Source of the DNA: Vicugna vicugna
Taxonomy: Eukaryota
Length of the DNA: 64,000 nt
Assembly (NCBI GenBank): GCA_013265495.1
Contig: MU058844.1
Span: 3,295,819-3,359,818, forward strand
Direction: 5' to 3'
Part shown: positions 24,981 through 37,769 of the stretch, in pieces
Layout of the letters: the number at the start of each line of letters is the position of its first letter
How positions within the stretch are numbered: position 1 is the first letter of the stretch
Notes under the pieces: generated by a model
Seen by the model: only the letters and a program-made list of their open reading frames with translations
Databases searched by the model: none
Told to the model about the DNA's origin: nothing
Translations under genes and position numbers: made by a program

Positions 24981-26689
24981 ATCTTCCTGCTGCCCAGGTG
25001 AGCTATGCCCTGTTCTTTCTCCTACGCCATGTAGGAGAGGCAAGTGGACTTAGAAGATGTGGTGGGTCCTGACGCCCTTTCACAGGCGCACCTACACGCG
25101 CCTTTTCAGGAGGAGATGGGAGGCCTGACTTCTGCTTCAAGCCTTAACTTCATGCAAGAGGTGGTTATTACCAGACAGCCTTGGCTTGGGGGGAATACTG
25201 AGTGGTTGAGCATCTGTCAGTCAAGTAGTGATTTGATTCCCATTCTGCCATTTTTATTCCCGCATACGGGTCCTGAAGACTGAGCACCGAGACAGTACAG
25301 CGAAGGTAGGATCCCAGCATATCTGGGTGGCTGTATAACAACTAAAAGCCACCACCCTTTACAAACTTATTGGGGGTGGAGGATGGGGGTTGGGGTGGGG
25401 TGAATCTGTCTGAGGTCTCAGCGCCAGGAGTTGTTATGTGCTTCCGAGCAACAGATCTGCTTTTGCCTTTTGGAGACTAAGAACCACGTAGAGTGATCAT
25501 TCATTGGCGGGTAGAAATTTCCAAACTGAGTTGGCCGGCCAGTGCTGGCAAGCGGACTGGGGCTAGTGCACTGTGTATACCCCCTGCTTCTGGCTTCATC
25601 TTCATTTCCTACTGTGTCATGTCCCCATTTGCCCTGTGTGTTGTCTTGTAAGCAACTTATAAGCAGATATTGGGCATTATATAATGTGCCTATTGCAGAA
25701 TTAATGCCCAGTAGATGAGTTTCCTTGGTCTTTGCCTTGTACTGAGCTTTACTAAGAACATTAGTTGTCTGCATCCCTGTCTATGCTCTGGACTAATGGA
25801 TTCCAGAAAATGGAGATGTAAGCAGAACCTCTTTTGGCCACCCTTTTCCCTCTGTTATTCATTTTAAATAAGAATTGGGCTTCAGCACAGTTTCAGAGAG
25901 GCCTGACTGACTTTCAGCTGGGCCGTGGTTTGAGTCCACTACAACCGTGAGTACGAAATACTTGTGGCTTTTGGATTGTAACTTGACAAGGGATGTGAGC
26001 GGACCTCGTCCAGATCTTACCTAACTAGTCACCTTGAGTACTTAAGAGAGGAATTTTTATTCGCTGAATTGCTAGAGTGAAGTCTGTAAATTTCTGTACC
26101 TCTGAGTCTTTGGTCTCCCCTAAAACAAATATATCATCTGCTTTAACAATCTCATAAGGTAAAAATTCTACATAGTGGAAAATTCTTGTAATTGTGTCAA
26201 GTTTCTTTATGTGAAAAAGAAGAAACCTTGCTCAGGCTGTCAGAATAATATAAGACAGCTTGTGGGGCTTTTTTTGCCTAGAGTTTGTGTGGGCAGGAAA
26301 TTTATTCTTTGCTTGGTACATCTTTGAGCTGCACACAGCTGTGTGAGATCTCGGTTCTTTACAAATTGCTAATAAAGAAGATAATGCCAACATTTGTACT
26401 CTTCTCAAAAGTCAACCACTGAAGATTTAAATCTAGATTTCTGGATAGAAAATCTTAATCTTTTGAGTCATGTAACTGTGCTTTTAAATTCACTTCTTAA
26501 TGCTGAAGTGAACTAAAATTAGAATTTGGAATAAGCTGTAAGTAATGAAACAATTTTCTCATTCATCTAACATGTACTTACTGAACATCTAATCTATGTG
26601 TATGCATTTAGAAATTTAAAAAAAAAGTGATGACATGGTTTGCTCTCCAAGTACAAGGATTCTATTATGTTTTGGCCAAAGAGGAAGAA

Positions 26690-26875
26690 AGTAGTATTTG
26701 TTGAGCCTTTTCTATGTGTCAGGGGCTTGGCTAGGTTTATATAACTGTTATGGCATAAATATTATAGATTCCATTTTACGTATGAGGATACTGAAATTAC
26801 CTGTAGGTAACAAAGTGGGATTTTAACCTCAGAGTGGTTGATTCCAAAGCCTTCTCTATCACACTGCCTCCTACA
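26690..26875 (-). mobile_element. MIR SINE
   Basis: tatttgttgagccttttctatgtgtcagg...ccattttacgtatgaggatactga. Confidence 0.6.
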
Positions 26876-26984
26876 ATATAAATTTTCATCTTGCATGGAA
26901 AATTTTCTTTCATTTTACTTTTTAAAAATAGTCTCATAAATAATTTAATTCATTTGAAGTAGATTTAAATCAGTTGAAAGCAAA

Positions 26985-27032
26985 ACAAAGATAAATAAAT
27001 AAATAAATAAATATATATATATATATATATAT
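26985..27032. repeat. (TAAA)n-(TA)n microsatellite
   Basis: ataaataaataaataaataaatatatatat... Confidence 0.9.
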
Positions 27033-27189
27033 CTGACATAACATAACCATTTATTTTTAGGTTAATGTGATATTGGTTATGAATGTGGAAAGTAAAGTGA
27101 AATAAAGCAGTCCATAAGGTGCTATTGAATGTGATAGTTGTGGGGAAAGGGAAGAACTTTGGAGCTGTGCAGTCATTCTCAAAATCTAT

Positions 27190-27335
27190 ACTTCTCAAGT
27201 GTGGTCTGAGGACCTCTGTCTCAGAGTCCACTGCTCACTGAAAAGGGGATGTCCTAGCCCTAACTTACCACTCTGAGTCGGAATCTTTGAGCATGAGACC
27301 CAGAAATCCTCACTGAAACAAAATCTGTGGGTAAA
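27190..27335 (+). mobile_element. MER5-like fragment
   Basis: cttctcaagtgtggtctgaggacc...ctgagtcggaatctttg...gacccagaaatc. Confidence 0.55.
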
Positions 27336-27549
27336 GCCAATGCTCTAATGCCTTCCTTGACCTATATCATTTTTGGCTTTGGGGCCCAGAGCTTCCCCAG
27401 AACTAGGATAAGAAGATATTGAAACTGCTCATTTGCCAACATTTAAAACTGCTTATCAATCCAAAAAAAAAAAAAAAAAAAAAAAAAACTCATTAGGTGC
27501 AAAGTATTGTACTAGGTGCTGGTGGAAGATAAACAGAATTATGTGGGAT

Positions 27550-27705
27550 GACAGGGAACTTTATTTAATAGCTTGTAATAACCTATAATGAAAAAAATAT
27601 GTTTTATATATGTATCTCTGAATCACTATACTGTACACCAGAAACTAACACAACATTGTATATCAACTGTTCTTCAATTAAAAAAAAAAAAGAAAAAAGA
27701 AAAGA
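27550..27705 (+). mobile_element. Cetartiodactyl-type L1 3' end with poly(A)
   Basis: acagggaactttatttaatagcttgtaataacctataatg...ctgaatcactatactgtacaccagaaactaacacaacattgta...cttcaattaaaaaaaa. Confidence 0.85.
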
Positions 27706-28129
27706 ATCTCCATTTAGAATCCAAGTTCTGGGGCAGCCAAGGAGGCGGACTTCTTAGAATTCTTTTCAAGAAGGAACTTAACAAGGAGTGATATCAGACG
27801 GCAACCTCCAGCTGCAACAACTTTGAGGTTTGGCGCCATGTTTGAGACAAGGACACACTCTCTGCAGGGGCTGTAGCTGGTGACTGAGCCTGGCAGGGGT
27901 GCTAGGGCCTGGCCACCTTTGCTTACCTTGGGAATCCTCTACAGGAAACTGATGAGCTGGGCTGGCCAGGATGGTCTCAGATCTGCACTGTGGGCTGAAG
28001 GCTCATCAGACCGGCTCCTGCTCCCTCCTCCCTTTACCATTCATAGGTATCACCCCCAGTAGGTCTTCTGCACTCCTACCTCCGTCTTGGTGTTTGTTCC
28101 TTGACACAAGCACCCCGAGAGACAGGCCA

Positions 28130-28574
28130 TCCCATTTCACGATGGTGTGAAAGCAATACTCGTTCAGTAGAAACTGTACCTTGAATTTTGAATTTTGGTC
28201 TTTTCCCAGGCTAGTCAAGTGCCATATGACATTCTCTTTCGATGCTAGGTGGTAGCCGCAAGCCACAGCTCCCAGTTAGCCATGCAGTTATGAGCTGAAC
28301 AACCGATAAACTTACAACCATGCTTTTCACTTCCAGTACAGTCATCAGTAAATCACATAAGATAGTCAACACTTTATTATAAAATGGGCTTTGTGTTAGA
28401 TGATTTTGCCCAACTATAGGCTAATGTAAGTGTTCTGAGCATTTTTAAGGTAGGCTGGACTAAGCTGTGATGTTCGGTAGGTTGAGTGTATTGAATTCCC
28501 TTTTGACTTAGGATATTTTGAACTGGCAATAGGTTTATTGAGACATAACCCCATCATAAGTCAAGGAAGATCTG
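28130..28574 (-). mobile_element. Tigger5/MER47 (TcMar-Tigger)
   Basis: gatggtgtgaaagc...ctttgtgttagatgattttgcccaact...ggctaatgtaagtgttctgagca...aaccccatcataagtcaaggaagatctg followed by TA. Confidence 0.88.
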
Positions 28575-28605
28575 TATAGACAACGTCTTTCTTATTCCCT
28601 AATAA

Positions 28606-28628
28606 TACACACACACACACACACACAC
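28606..28628. repeat. (CA)n microsatellite
   Basis: acacacacacacacacacacac. Confidence 0.9.
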
Positions 28629-29326
28629 GCATTCATACTCACAGACAAGTACACACACCAAAATCTGCTTCTTTGTTTGCATGCAAGTTTTGTTTTCTAG
28701 TACAGAAGAGAAACCAGAAAACAGGAAAGGCAAGCCGGTAGGTGACGGCAGTGTCCGTTGTTGAGCTGGTCCGGATTGGATTTGTATCTCTTTTGTGGTT
28801 GGCAGGGGTTTGTATGCTTAGGTTTGCACGGATGGCTAGATTCATGTCCTCGTACTTACAGAAAATGACAGGACCTGTAGGCCACCCTGGGACTGATGAA
28901 GAAGACTGCTCAAAGCTGGCTGACAGTGTTAGGGTTCTGGTCCCTCCATTCCCACCAGGCTGCCCCGGAGGCCAACGGAATCAGTGTCCCCTGGAACCTT
29001 TGTGGTCACTGCTGGGCCGTGGGACACCGGGGGAAGCTCCACTGTTAGCTCATAGATCTCGTCTACAAGCTTCTGGCCGCCTGAGCAACTGCTAAACGGC
29101 TGAGTTGACCCAGAAGGCGAGGAGACCTGCTGCCTAGCTCTTCATCAGACTCAGAGATGTTTGAGCGCCTCAGGGCCCAAAACATTCGGTACCATCTGCA
29201 GCTGGCATCTTGGATGTAGACGCTGCCATTTTACAGTGTCATTTTGTGTGTGAAGAAAAAGAACAGAACAGACTGTGTAGTGACTGAGGCTGACAGACTG
29301 GCTTATGAGAACCACGAGTGAGATCT

Positions 29327-30256
29327 TGTGATTTATAAGAAATATATATTCGATCATTCAGATGACTGACATATGTTTTTCATATACATTGGGTCTTCAT
29401 CCAATGTTCCAGGCTCACAGCTTTCAAAACCTTTGGAATTTCCTGGGCAGTCAGAGCAATGGGAGCATTTTGGGGCACAGTATTTGGTCTTTTGTCCTCA
29501 GTTCCTGAACACTTCAGAGTCATAAAGATGAAATGGATGTCTTTTTATTCATAACAAGCCCCTTTCCACCACAACTGAGTTTATGTTAAGGAGGTGGCTT
29601 TTGTGAGGACTGAGCATGGAGGCTGGTTGTCAGGGGACTCAACCAAGATGAGGGGGTTGGAACTTTCAACCCCATCTCCCGACTTCCAAGGAGAGGAGAG
29701 GGGCTGGAGATTGAGTTCAGTCACCAATGGCCAATGGCCTAATCTATCACACCTCAGTAATGAGGCCTCCATACAACCCCAAAAGGATGGGGTTCAGAGA
29801 GCTTTTGGGCTGGTGAAAATGGGAACATATGGGGAGAGTGGTGGGCTTGGAGAGAGCTTGGAAGTTCCGTGCCCTTTCCTCATACCACGCCCTAGGCATC
29901 TCTTCCATCTCGCTCTATGAGCTGTATCCTTTATAATAAATTGGTAATCTGGTGAGTAAGTGGATTTCCTGAGTTCTGTGAACCACTTCAGCAAATGAAT
30001 CAAACCCAAGGAGGGGGTCCTGGGAACCTCTGATTTATACTCAGACAGAAGTACAGGTAATAACCTGAATTTGTGATTGGCATCTGAAGTGGAGGGTGGT
30101 CTTGTGGGACTGAGCCCTTTACCTGTGGAATCTGATACTATCTCAGGGTAGGTAGTATCTAAATTGAGTTGAAGTGCAGGACACCCAGCTTGTGTTCGAA
30201 AATTGCTTATGGGTGGTTTGAGGAAACCCCTCCCCCATCAGAAACTGGTGACCAGA
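29327..30256 (+). mobile_element. MER21-like solo LTR
   Basis: TG start; ggaggagaggggctggagattgagtt...caccaatggccaatg...gtatcctttataataaa...tttcctgagttctgtga...gtcttgtgggactgagccctt. Confidence 0.82.
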
Positions 30257-30459
30257 GACCCTTTAATGAAGAACCCTTTGGGTTTCTTTCCCAGAAAAAA
30301 GTTGTGGGACACTTAGATGAGTTATTGGAGGAAACTTTTTAATCCAAGAAAGAGCTGAGTTACAAGAAAACTATTTCTCAGGGTAGGTGTGAGGATTAAA
30401 GAAGATAAGTCAGGTGATGTCTGGCACACACTAAGTACTCTGTTAATGGTGAGGGAGGT

Positions 30460-30990
30460 TGTATGTATTGGGTCTTCTATTAAATCTCTGTCTACAGGTA
30501 ACAGAAAATAACTCAAACATACTGAAACTGACAAAAAAAATTGTGTGTGTGTGTGTATGTGTGTGGAAGGTGGGGTGTGGTGGGTGTGGTGTTTATTGTA
30601 AGAAAATAGCGTTCTCTCATGGCACCTGAGGACCAGAATTTGCTTGGCTTTCAGGAGGTACTAGAACCAAGAACTGAAAAACAATTCATTCAGAACTCAG
30701 GCCACTTCACTAAGTGAATTTCTCTACAAACCAACTTCCTCTACTTCTCAGTCCACTTGGTGGGTGAAAATGGCACACTGCAACTCCTGAGTTCACCTCC
30801 ACTTCAGTCCTTATGGAGACTTCTCAAAAGAATATCTGGTTGGCCTAATTTGGGTGATGTGTCCAAACAGTCTTCAAATAACTTTTAGCCTGGAGTGTGG
30901 AACCCCAGAGCGTGAACATAGACCTTTGGTGGCCCTCCCAGGACTGAGGTGAGCAGATGCCCAGTGCAGCTCTACCTAAGGCCTGATGAA
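30460..30990 (-). mobile_element. MLT1K/L/N-like MaLR LTR, with an internal (TG)n
   Basis: acaggtaacagaaaataactcaaac...gaatatctggttggcctaatttgggtgatgtgtcc. Confidence 0.5.
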
Positions 30991-30994
30991 GGGC

Positions 30995-31349
30995 TCAGCG
31001 GGGAACAGAGAGGATACTTATCTTAGGAGAACTTGAGAAGAGTTGAATAAAAGGACTCCTTGCAGAGTTGAGCCAGGCTGTTCCACCCCTGGACCCAACC
31101 AGAAGCCAAGGCACAGGAGAATTGTGAAATGCTTCTGTGGGCTGTAGCCCAAGATGACCGTGCAAAGAGGGAGTCTGGGAAGTAAGCTCCCTCATGTCAC
31201 TCACCTCCCTCCCTCAGATCTCTTGCAAGTCACTCCATTGGTCGAACCAGGAGGGAAGGAAGACCTGGAGAGGCCAGCCTGCCAGGGAGGAGAACAGGAG
31301 CAGAAAGGGAAAGGGTGTGTCAGGAGGGCAGAGGGATACATCTGGCACT
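30995..31349 (-). mobile_element. LTR33-like ERVL LTR
   Basis: Ends ggagggcagagggatacatctggcac, the reverse complement of the LTR33 start tgtgccagatgtatcc. Confidence 0.6.
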
Positions 31350-33339
31350 GATAGGTTTCACATTATTTAGTAACACTAAAGGAGATCACTCCTCTACCTC
31401 ATATTTATTGGCTCTCTTTAGAAAGCAAACCAGCAAGTTTATAGCATCATACCACTCATCGGGGCCCTAATAGCCATAATTCCCACTTCAACCAAAATAG
31501 GCTATTAACCATTCTACTTCTCCACACTGCCATCCTTCCCCCTTCCCCCACCCCTACCCCCGCTCAACCATCCAGGACAGAATTCCAGTCCCACCTACTT
31601 CCTAAAGTCTTGCACTGAATAATCTCTCCCGTCTCTGATTGCTTTAAATTTCGGGAGACTTGGTGCTGATTCATTTCCTACTCTGTGCTGTAATTTTCCC
31701 TCCACTTCCTGCTCACTCTCCCCTGTATCCCTGTGGAAACTTGCACAGACCATGGCCCAGAGAAGACACTCAGGAATGTTTGCTAAGTTGTTGTGGAAGG
31801 AGTTTGAAGAGTTTGGCAAATCTCATTTTTGGGGGGGTGGCATTTCTTCTTTTAAGATTACTTAATGGATTCTTTGAGCTTGAAACTTGGAAATACACAG
31901 TTCAACAAGTTAGAACGTTTGTGGAAGGATTTATGTTTACTGCACAACACTGGCACAGCTCTGTGGCTGCCCTTGGGTTACGTTTGAAGAACTTGTAGTT
32001 GTTTTGACTGTTCCTGAGGAAGGCTTAGCATTAGCTAATACAGGAGTGAATCACTCTCTTATCTCCTGTAAAGCATAAGAAGTGGAATTAAAATTATTAA
32101 AACCCCTCTGGACTGCATCTTGAGATGATATTAAGTTTAAACCAAGTCACACAAGATAAAATTGAAGGTGAGTCCGAAAATATACATACAATATTCTGTT
32201 TCACACCTTTTAATCTTATTCTAAGAATTCATTTGGGGTCTGGAAAACCACCCAGTTTTGCAAGTGGGACATTACAATCAGGAAAGAGTTCACCCTTTCC
32301 AGTCTCCTAATCTCAAGATCACACTCAAGACTTCTGTCTGTATATTTAGAGACGTTCCCCTAGATGTGTAGTTACAATTTAAGGCCACGCTGTTAAAATA
32401 GGTGTGGTTAGTCTTCCTTCTTTTTCAGCCTGCCATCTATCCATCCTGTTACTTCCATATTGAACCTCTTGTCATTGATCCTCCAGACTCTTTTCTGTTC
32501 CCACCTGCAGTGGAAGACCACACCACATCTCTCCTGCCTGCTTACAAAGTGTTGAATTTTCTTGACCCCAGGGCTCTTTCACAAAGTTGAGAGTACTTAC
32601 TAAGAACACACTAGTAAATCAAGTAGGAGTTCAACGATGGGGGCCCAAGTATCTGGAAAGTTTTGTGAGAATGATTAAATAAGGTAATGCCTGCAAAGCA
32701 GTGGACCCTAGAGGCACGTGATTAAACACAAAATAGACATTGGCTCTGCAGTTCTCCAAATAATGAGAAAATGGCCTCCCTTTCCAAGATTACTCATCTT
32801 TGGAGGCCAGACAAAACTGGTGTGGCGCGCAGTCAGCACTGTGCTTCCTGTCGCTTCTCTGTACTTGCTTGGTGGGTGAATAAGCAAGTTTGGAAAAGAA
32901 CAACTTTGGGCTCAGTGAGCTCATGTTCTTTGGCACCCCCAGCGATCACATCTAGAAAACAATAGTACTCACCTCCTACATAGCCTCCCAAAAATGCTTC
33001 GGTGCTTCTCGTTGACAGATTCCATCTCTCTCTCAGGGTTCTAAATTCCTAAACTTTTAAGATTAAGCTTCTGCTGCAGTCCTAAACTCTGCCTCTTGGG
33101 AGGTAGGCAGCACTTTAATATCAAATGAAGAGAGTTTAACTGGGGAGCTACCCTTCTGGCCATGGTAACCAGTGTTACTGGAAGAATACCAGACTACAAC
33201 AGAAAAGTCCAATCCTGAATTCCCAGCTTGTAAGACATTTTGTTTCTTCTCTTTGAGTTTTCCAGTTTCCTTCAAGTATACCACTGATCGTATCTTCCCT
33301 CTTCCCAAGCCCGAAAATCCTGCAGTGAGTGGTAAGAAT

Positions 33340-33570
33340 AACAATAAATACCACCAATTACACTGTGGTGAACTCTTGGCATACACTGTCCCATTCAGTT
33401 CTCATAGTAACGCTCCGATGTAGGTCTGAACATTATTTCCATTTTACAGGTGACCCACTGAGATCCGGGGAGGTTAATTGCCCAAAGTCAAATTGCTGGT
33501 AAATGGTGAAGTCAGAACTTAAGCTCATTTCTGAATCCAAAGCCAGTGCTTTTAATCTCTGTGCCTGACT
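33340..33570 (-). mobile_element. MIR SINE
   Basis: ccattttacaggtgacccactgagatccggggaggttaattgcccaaagtca...tgaatccaaagccagtgctttta. Confidence 0.75.
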
Positions 33571-33889
33571 ATACCTGGGACCTTCCCTACTCTAAACTTC
33601 CTTCTCACCTGGCCAGTTTTTAATGATGGTTTTGGCTATATTCACTTAAGTATCTTGTTTCTGTCTGTTAGTCTGGGTTGATATTTAATTCAGTTTAATG
33701 CTATGCTGAGCTCTGTAACAGAGACAAAGAATTTTGCTTTTAATGTTCTTAAAACTTAACATTGTTCATCCGGGTGAGGTGGGCGTCTCTTTGGAGAGTA
33801 AATTCTGGCCTCACATCCTTCTCTACACAAAATTAGTGAACACATTAGCAAAGCACTGGGCACAAGGCATTAATCTTTTGGTTCTGTTA

Positions 33890-34300
33890 ACTACTGACTC
33901 CCTGGAACGACCACCCAATTAACCTATTGGTTAAGCAAAGCCAAGTTTATTGCTTACTGCAGTGAGAAAGATCACCATCTTGACATAATCTAAGTGTGTC
34001 TCAGAGGGGGACGGCAGGGGTAGATAGTTATAAGGTTGAGGTGAGATTTTCCCGTGTGGAGACCTGCTTGTGACTGGGCCAGGTTAGTAATACAGTGGTT
34101 TAAGATTGGTCAACTCGGAAGATCTGGGTTTTGAGGTGACTCTTGATAAGTACACAGCCCTTTGATAAACACTCTGGTTTTCCCAGTTGAGCTGTCTATT
34201 CTTCGGATAAATGACCTTTCAGGATGTTTTTGAGACAAATATTTTGCAGCTTTAGCTTCTTGGACAAGAATTTCCCAGAAGAGAAAGTTGTGTTAATGGA
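33890..34300 (-). mobile_element. Old ERVL-type LTR (LTR53-like, family uncertain)
   Basis: caaagccaagtttattgcttactgcag...gtgtgtctcagaggggg...tcttgataagtacacagc; shares motifs with 35150-35470 in the opposite orientation. Confidence 0.5.
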
Positions 34301-34309
34301 GCCAATCCT

Positions 34310-34485
34310 ATTTCATGTATTTGCAAGCAGCTTTCCTCAGCTCTTTATGTCTCTTATCTGTAAATGGAGACGATTATAGCACTTACCTCACAGAATTGTT
34401 ATGAGGTTTGATGAGTTAATGGAGGCTAAGCGTTTAGCAAAGTGCCTGGCACATAGAAGGTGCTATGAATGTATTTATTATCATC
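34310..34485 (+). mobile_element. MIR SINE
   Basis: atctgtaaatggag...agcacttacctcacagaattgttatgagg...agcaaagtgcctggcacatag. Confidence 0.8.
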
Positions 34486-34889
34486 TTTACAACCTAGTAC
34501 ATTTTCATTAGTCTTGCCCTTGCCAGACTGAGGAGGACTTCCAATCTAAATGGATTTTTCACAGGATTTTTTTCTGATAAGATCAGATTGGTAGCAATGA
34601 TAGTCCTCCGACAACTTCATGTTACTTTGTTTTTTAAGTCATTCTGAATAAACAAAATTCATAGCATTTGCATATGTTTCCCTAGCTTTTCTCTTTCCTG
34701 AACTCCAGGTGAGTATTTTCCATCAGAAATGAAACTCAGTTTCCCAAAGTGGAACTTCCTATCTTTTCTTTCTCAGTGTATTCTCCCAGCACCCATCTTG
34801 GCAGTACTCAAACCACTTAACACAGGGCTGAAGACAGAGTCATCTCTGATGTCCTACCCCACCCTCCTATGCAGGCGGATGAGTGTTGA

Positions 34890-35990
34890 AGGTCTCATTC
34901 GTTCAGCAAATTTTAGTTGAATACCTTTTATGTTGCAGGTGCTGTGACCAGTATAGGAAATAAAACGATGAGCAAAACAGATACAGAACCTCCCCTCATA
35001 GAGCATACAGTCTACTGTAGAGATGGATATTAATCAGATTTAAAGTTACAGTTGCCCCAAGTGCTTTTGGGGAAGGGGTGACATAAATATAGGCATGTCA
35101 TGAAAACTGAGACTGCTTGCATCCATATACTTTAGCTGGGGACCCAGAACTAAGGTCACCCACATCAATGTGACTTCATTCTTTGTTCCAGTAATTCTTG
35201 CCCTGGGAGCTAAGGCTATATACCAGTAAATGGCTTTTATCGTTTGCTTTAGGAATTTCCTAAAAATCAATTTATCTGAACTTTAGCTATTCAAACAGTC
35301 AATTTCTCAGGATAATAGAACACTTACCTGGTAAACTCCTTGCTCATCAAACAGCTGTTTACTTATCAAGATTTGCTCAAAACCCTGTAAATATCAGCTC
35401 CTGACTTCTTCCTTCTGAGACATTTCTAAGTTTTACTTGATTGACAGCTTATGCTGGTAGACTGTTGGAGATTCTATACTCAATAATCATTATAAACTGA
35501 TAGGTGCTATGAAATCAAAACAAAGGGACAAGAGTGGGTAGCAAGGGACCTGATCTAGTATCAGAGTGGGGAAGGAGAACCTGGAAAGTTCCAGAGGAAA
35601 TGATGTTAGAACTGAAAGCTTAACATCAAGGGGGAACTAACTAGATAAAGAGTGAAGGAGGGAGAGTGTTCCAGGCAAAGGCCTGGAGTTGGGAGAGAAC
35701 TGTCTTTTTCTAGAATAGAAAGAAGGCTGTTATGGCTGGAGCAGTGAATACAGAGGATAGGATCATAATGACCTTGTATGATATGTTGAAGATTGATGTG
35801 CTTATCCCTGTAAGTAAAGGGACACTACTGGAGGGTTTAAAGCAGAAGAGTAATAGGATCTGATTTGACATCTTAACAAGCTAACGCTGGCTATTGAATG
35901 GATGTTGTGGATTGTAGAGAAGTAAAAGTTGATAGGAGAGATAGTTAAAAGCTGCTAAAGAACTCCAGAAAAAAGACCAAGTGGATTTGT
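34890..35990 (-). mobile_element. L2 LINE interrupted by an LTR (~35046-35475)
   Basis: cattcgttcagcaaattttagttgaatacc...ggtgctgtgaccag; resumes gataggtgctatgaa...gagagtgttccaggcaaagg...ctactggagggtttaaagcag. Confidence 0.75.
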
Positions 35991-36394
35991 CACCTGTGTT
36001 GTAATCCAGATCCATTCTGCACTACCCGCTCCTGGTCCAGGTTTTCACCATAGCCTCTTACCTGAATCTACCTAGTCCATTCTAACCCAACTCCATAAAC
36101 TAACTAGCTCTCTGATCTCAGAATCTTGTTTTATAAAATGGAGCCAGTAATAACACATATGCGTCTCATTTCATTCAACAAAAATTTTTGAGCACCTTTT
36201 ATATACCCGGCATGTGCTAAGTCCCTAAAATTTACTCATGACCAAGACAGACACACCCCGCCCCGCCAAAGCCATAGGATCAAGTAAAACAATGCATGTC
36301 AAAGCTCTTTGAAAATTGTAAAGCTTTAGGTATTGTATTTTTTAAAATTTTCTGTTTATTATGATATTTTGATATCTTAAAAAAAAAAAAAAAA

Positions 36395-36885
36395 CACCTC
36401 CTGGCTGGGGAGAGACTGCTCCTTCTGCAGCTGGCAAACTTAGATACAGCCAGCAACTCAGCCAGGAGCACGCCTTTGATATGCAAACTAACCAGTCCAG
36501 AGCTGTTTCTCCTCTATCAGGTCCTACGCCCCATCAGACAATATTCCTCTGCCTGAATCTACTTAGACCAGGTGTCAGGCAACTGGAGACCATTCTTACA
36601 GTTTAGGGCCCACTGAAGTGATTCAAACCAGCCAGTCCTAGAAGGTTTACATGGAACTGCCTGTCTTTCCCACAGAAACTCCCCAAAGGTTTTGCCCCGG
36701 CTTACCCCTTGTTCCTGTCTTCTGCCTGAAGACAAATCCCAAGCAAAGTTTGGTGCTTCCTCTGTAACCCTGTATGGCAAGCAGTGACTCCCCTCTCTAA
36801 CCCTGTGAGTACAGGATGTTTCCTTGTGCCTCTCCTGCGTCGCACAAGGGCCACTCCTGACTGACCATCATATAAAAGAACAAAG
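36395..36885 (+). mobile_element. MER74-like ERVL LTR
   Basis: gatatgcaaactaaccagtccagagc...attcaaaccagccagtccta...tttcccacagaaactccccaaagg...ctgaccatcatataaaagaaca. Confidence 0.7.
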
Positions 36886-36889
36886 ACTA

Positions 36890-37402
36890 CATTAGCACTT
36901 TTGATTGCAAGTGACAACGACACAGACCAAACAGCATGAACTAAAGGGAATTTATCTGTTTGTGTACCTGAAAGGTCTAGCAGTAGCTCAGTATTAGGCA
37001 TCTTCGGGTCTACGAGATGGAATGATGACATCAGGGATCCGTATTTTCCTCCATCTCCTAAATAGGCTATTTCCACATCGTGGACAAATGGCCACCAGCA
37101 GTGGAAGAACAATCTTGGCAGAAAGTGTACGTCCTTTGTGAGAGCTTCATGAGAAAAGTTCAGGGCCGAATTCTGATTGACCTGGCTTAGCTGATGCATC
37201 CGTCCTTGTTTCAACCTAAGGCCAGTGCCCGCCTTGATGCGGTACTCTGTCCGGGCCTGGATCATGTGTCTATTCCTGGAGGAAGGAACTGGGGGAGTCA
37301 GTCCTCCCAAGCAATGTTTCCAGGGGATGCTGTGAGGGAAGATTTGTTCCCCAGTGGAAGGTTTGCTGGGTGAAGGAGGAACAGCCACAACGACATGTGC
37401 AC
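36890..37402 (-). mobile_element. MLT1K-like MaLR LTR
   Basis: cttttgattgcaagtgaca...aaagggaatttat...aaatggccaccagcag...ctgattgacctggcttag...gggcctggatcatgtgtc. Confidence 0.72.
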
Positions 37403-37769
37403 AATAAAAATGTTGCAAACAAGTATTAGGCTTTATAATTAGGACTCACATATCTGATGTCTCTGTGACAGCTTTTATGGGTCTCAACATAAATAGAAGA
37501 CAGGAAGGAAGAGAAAATAAGATGGAAAAGAGGAAAATGGAATAATAATAGCTAGAGGATGACATTGTGTGTATCAGATGACAGTGACCTGAAGGTGTTT
37601 TTAGTCTGAGGAAGGTGAAGTTGAAAACACTGGAGAGAAAGGGGGAAAAAATTGATGGGAAAAGTTCAAGGAGGAGGAAGAATAAAGAACATAGAAAGAG
37701 GGTTTTAGCTTTCAGGAGGGCTGTCTCATCTTTTAACAGAGGAAAGAAAGGTTTTGATGGCTGTGGGTG

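Noticed and set aside
27463..27488. Isolated A26 tract as an orphan retro-insertion
   Set aside because: No convincing TSD or upstream poly(A) signal; simple homopolymer expansion is sufficient.
36702..37418. Longest ORF in the track (238 aa, minus strand)
   Set aside because: Non-ATG start, spans an MLT1K and a MER74-like LTR, and resembles no protein I recognise.
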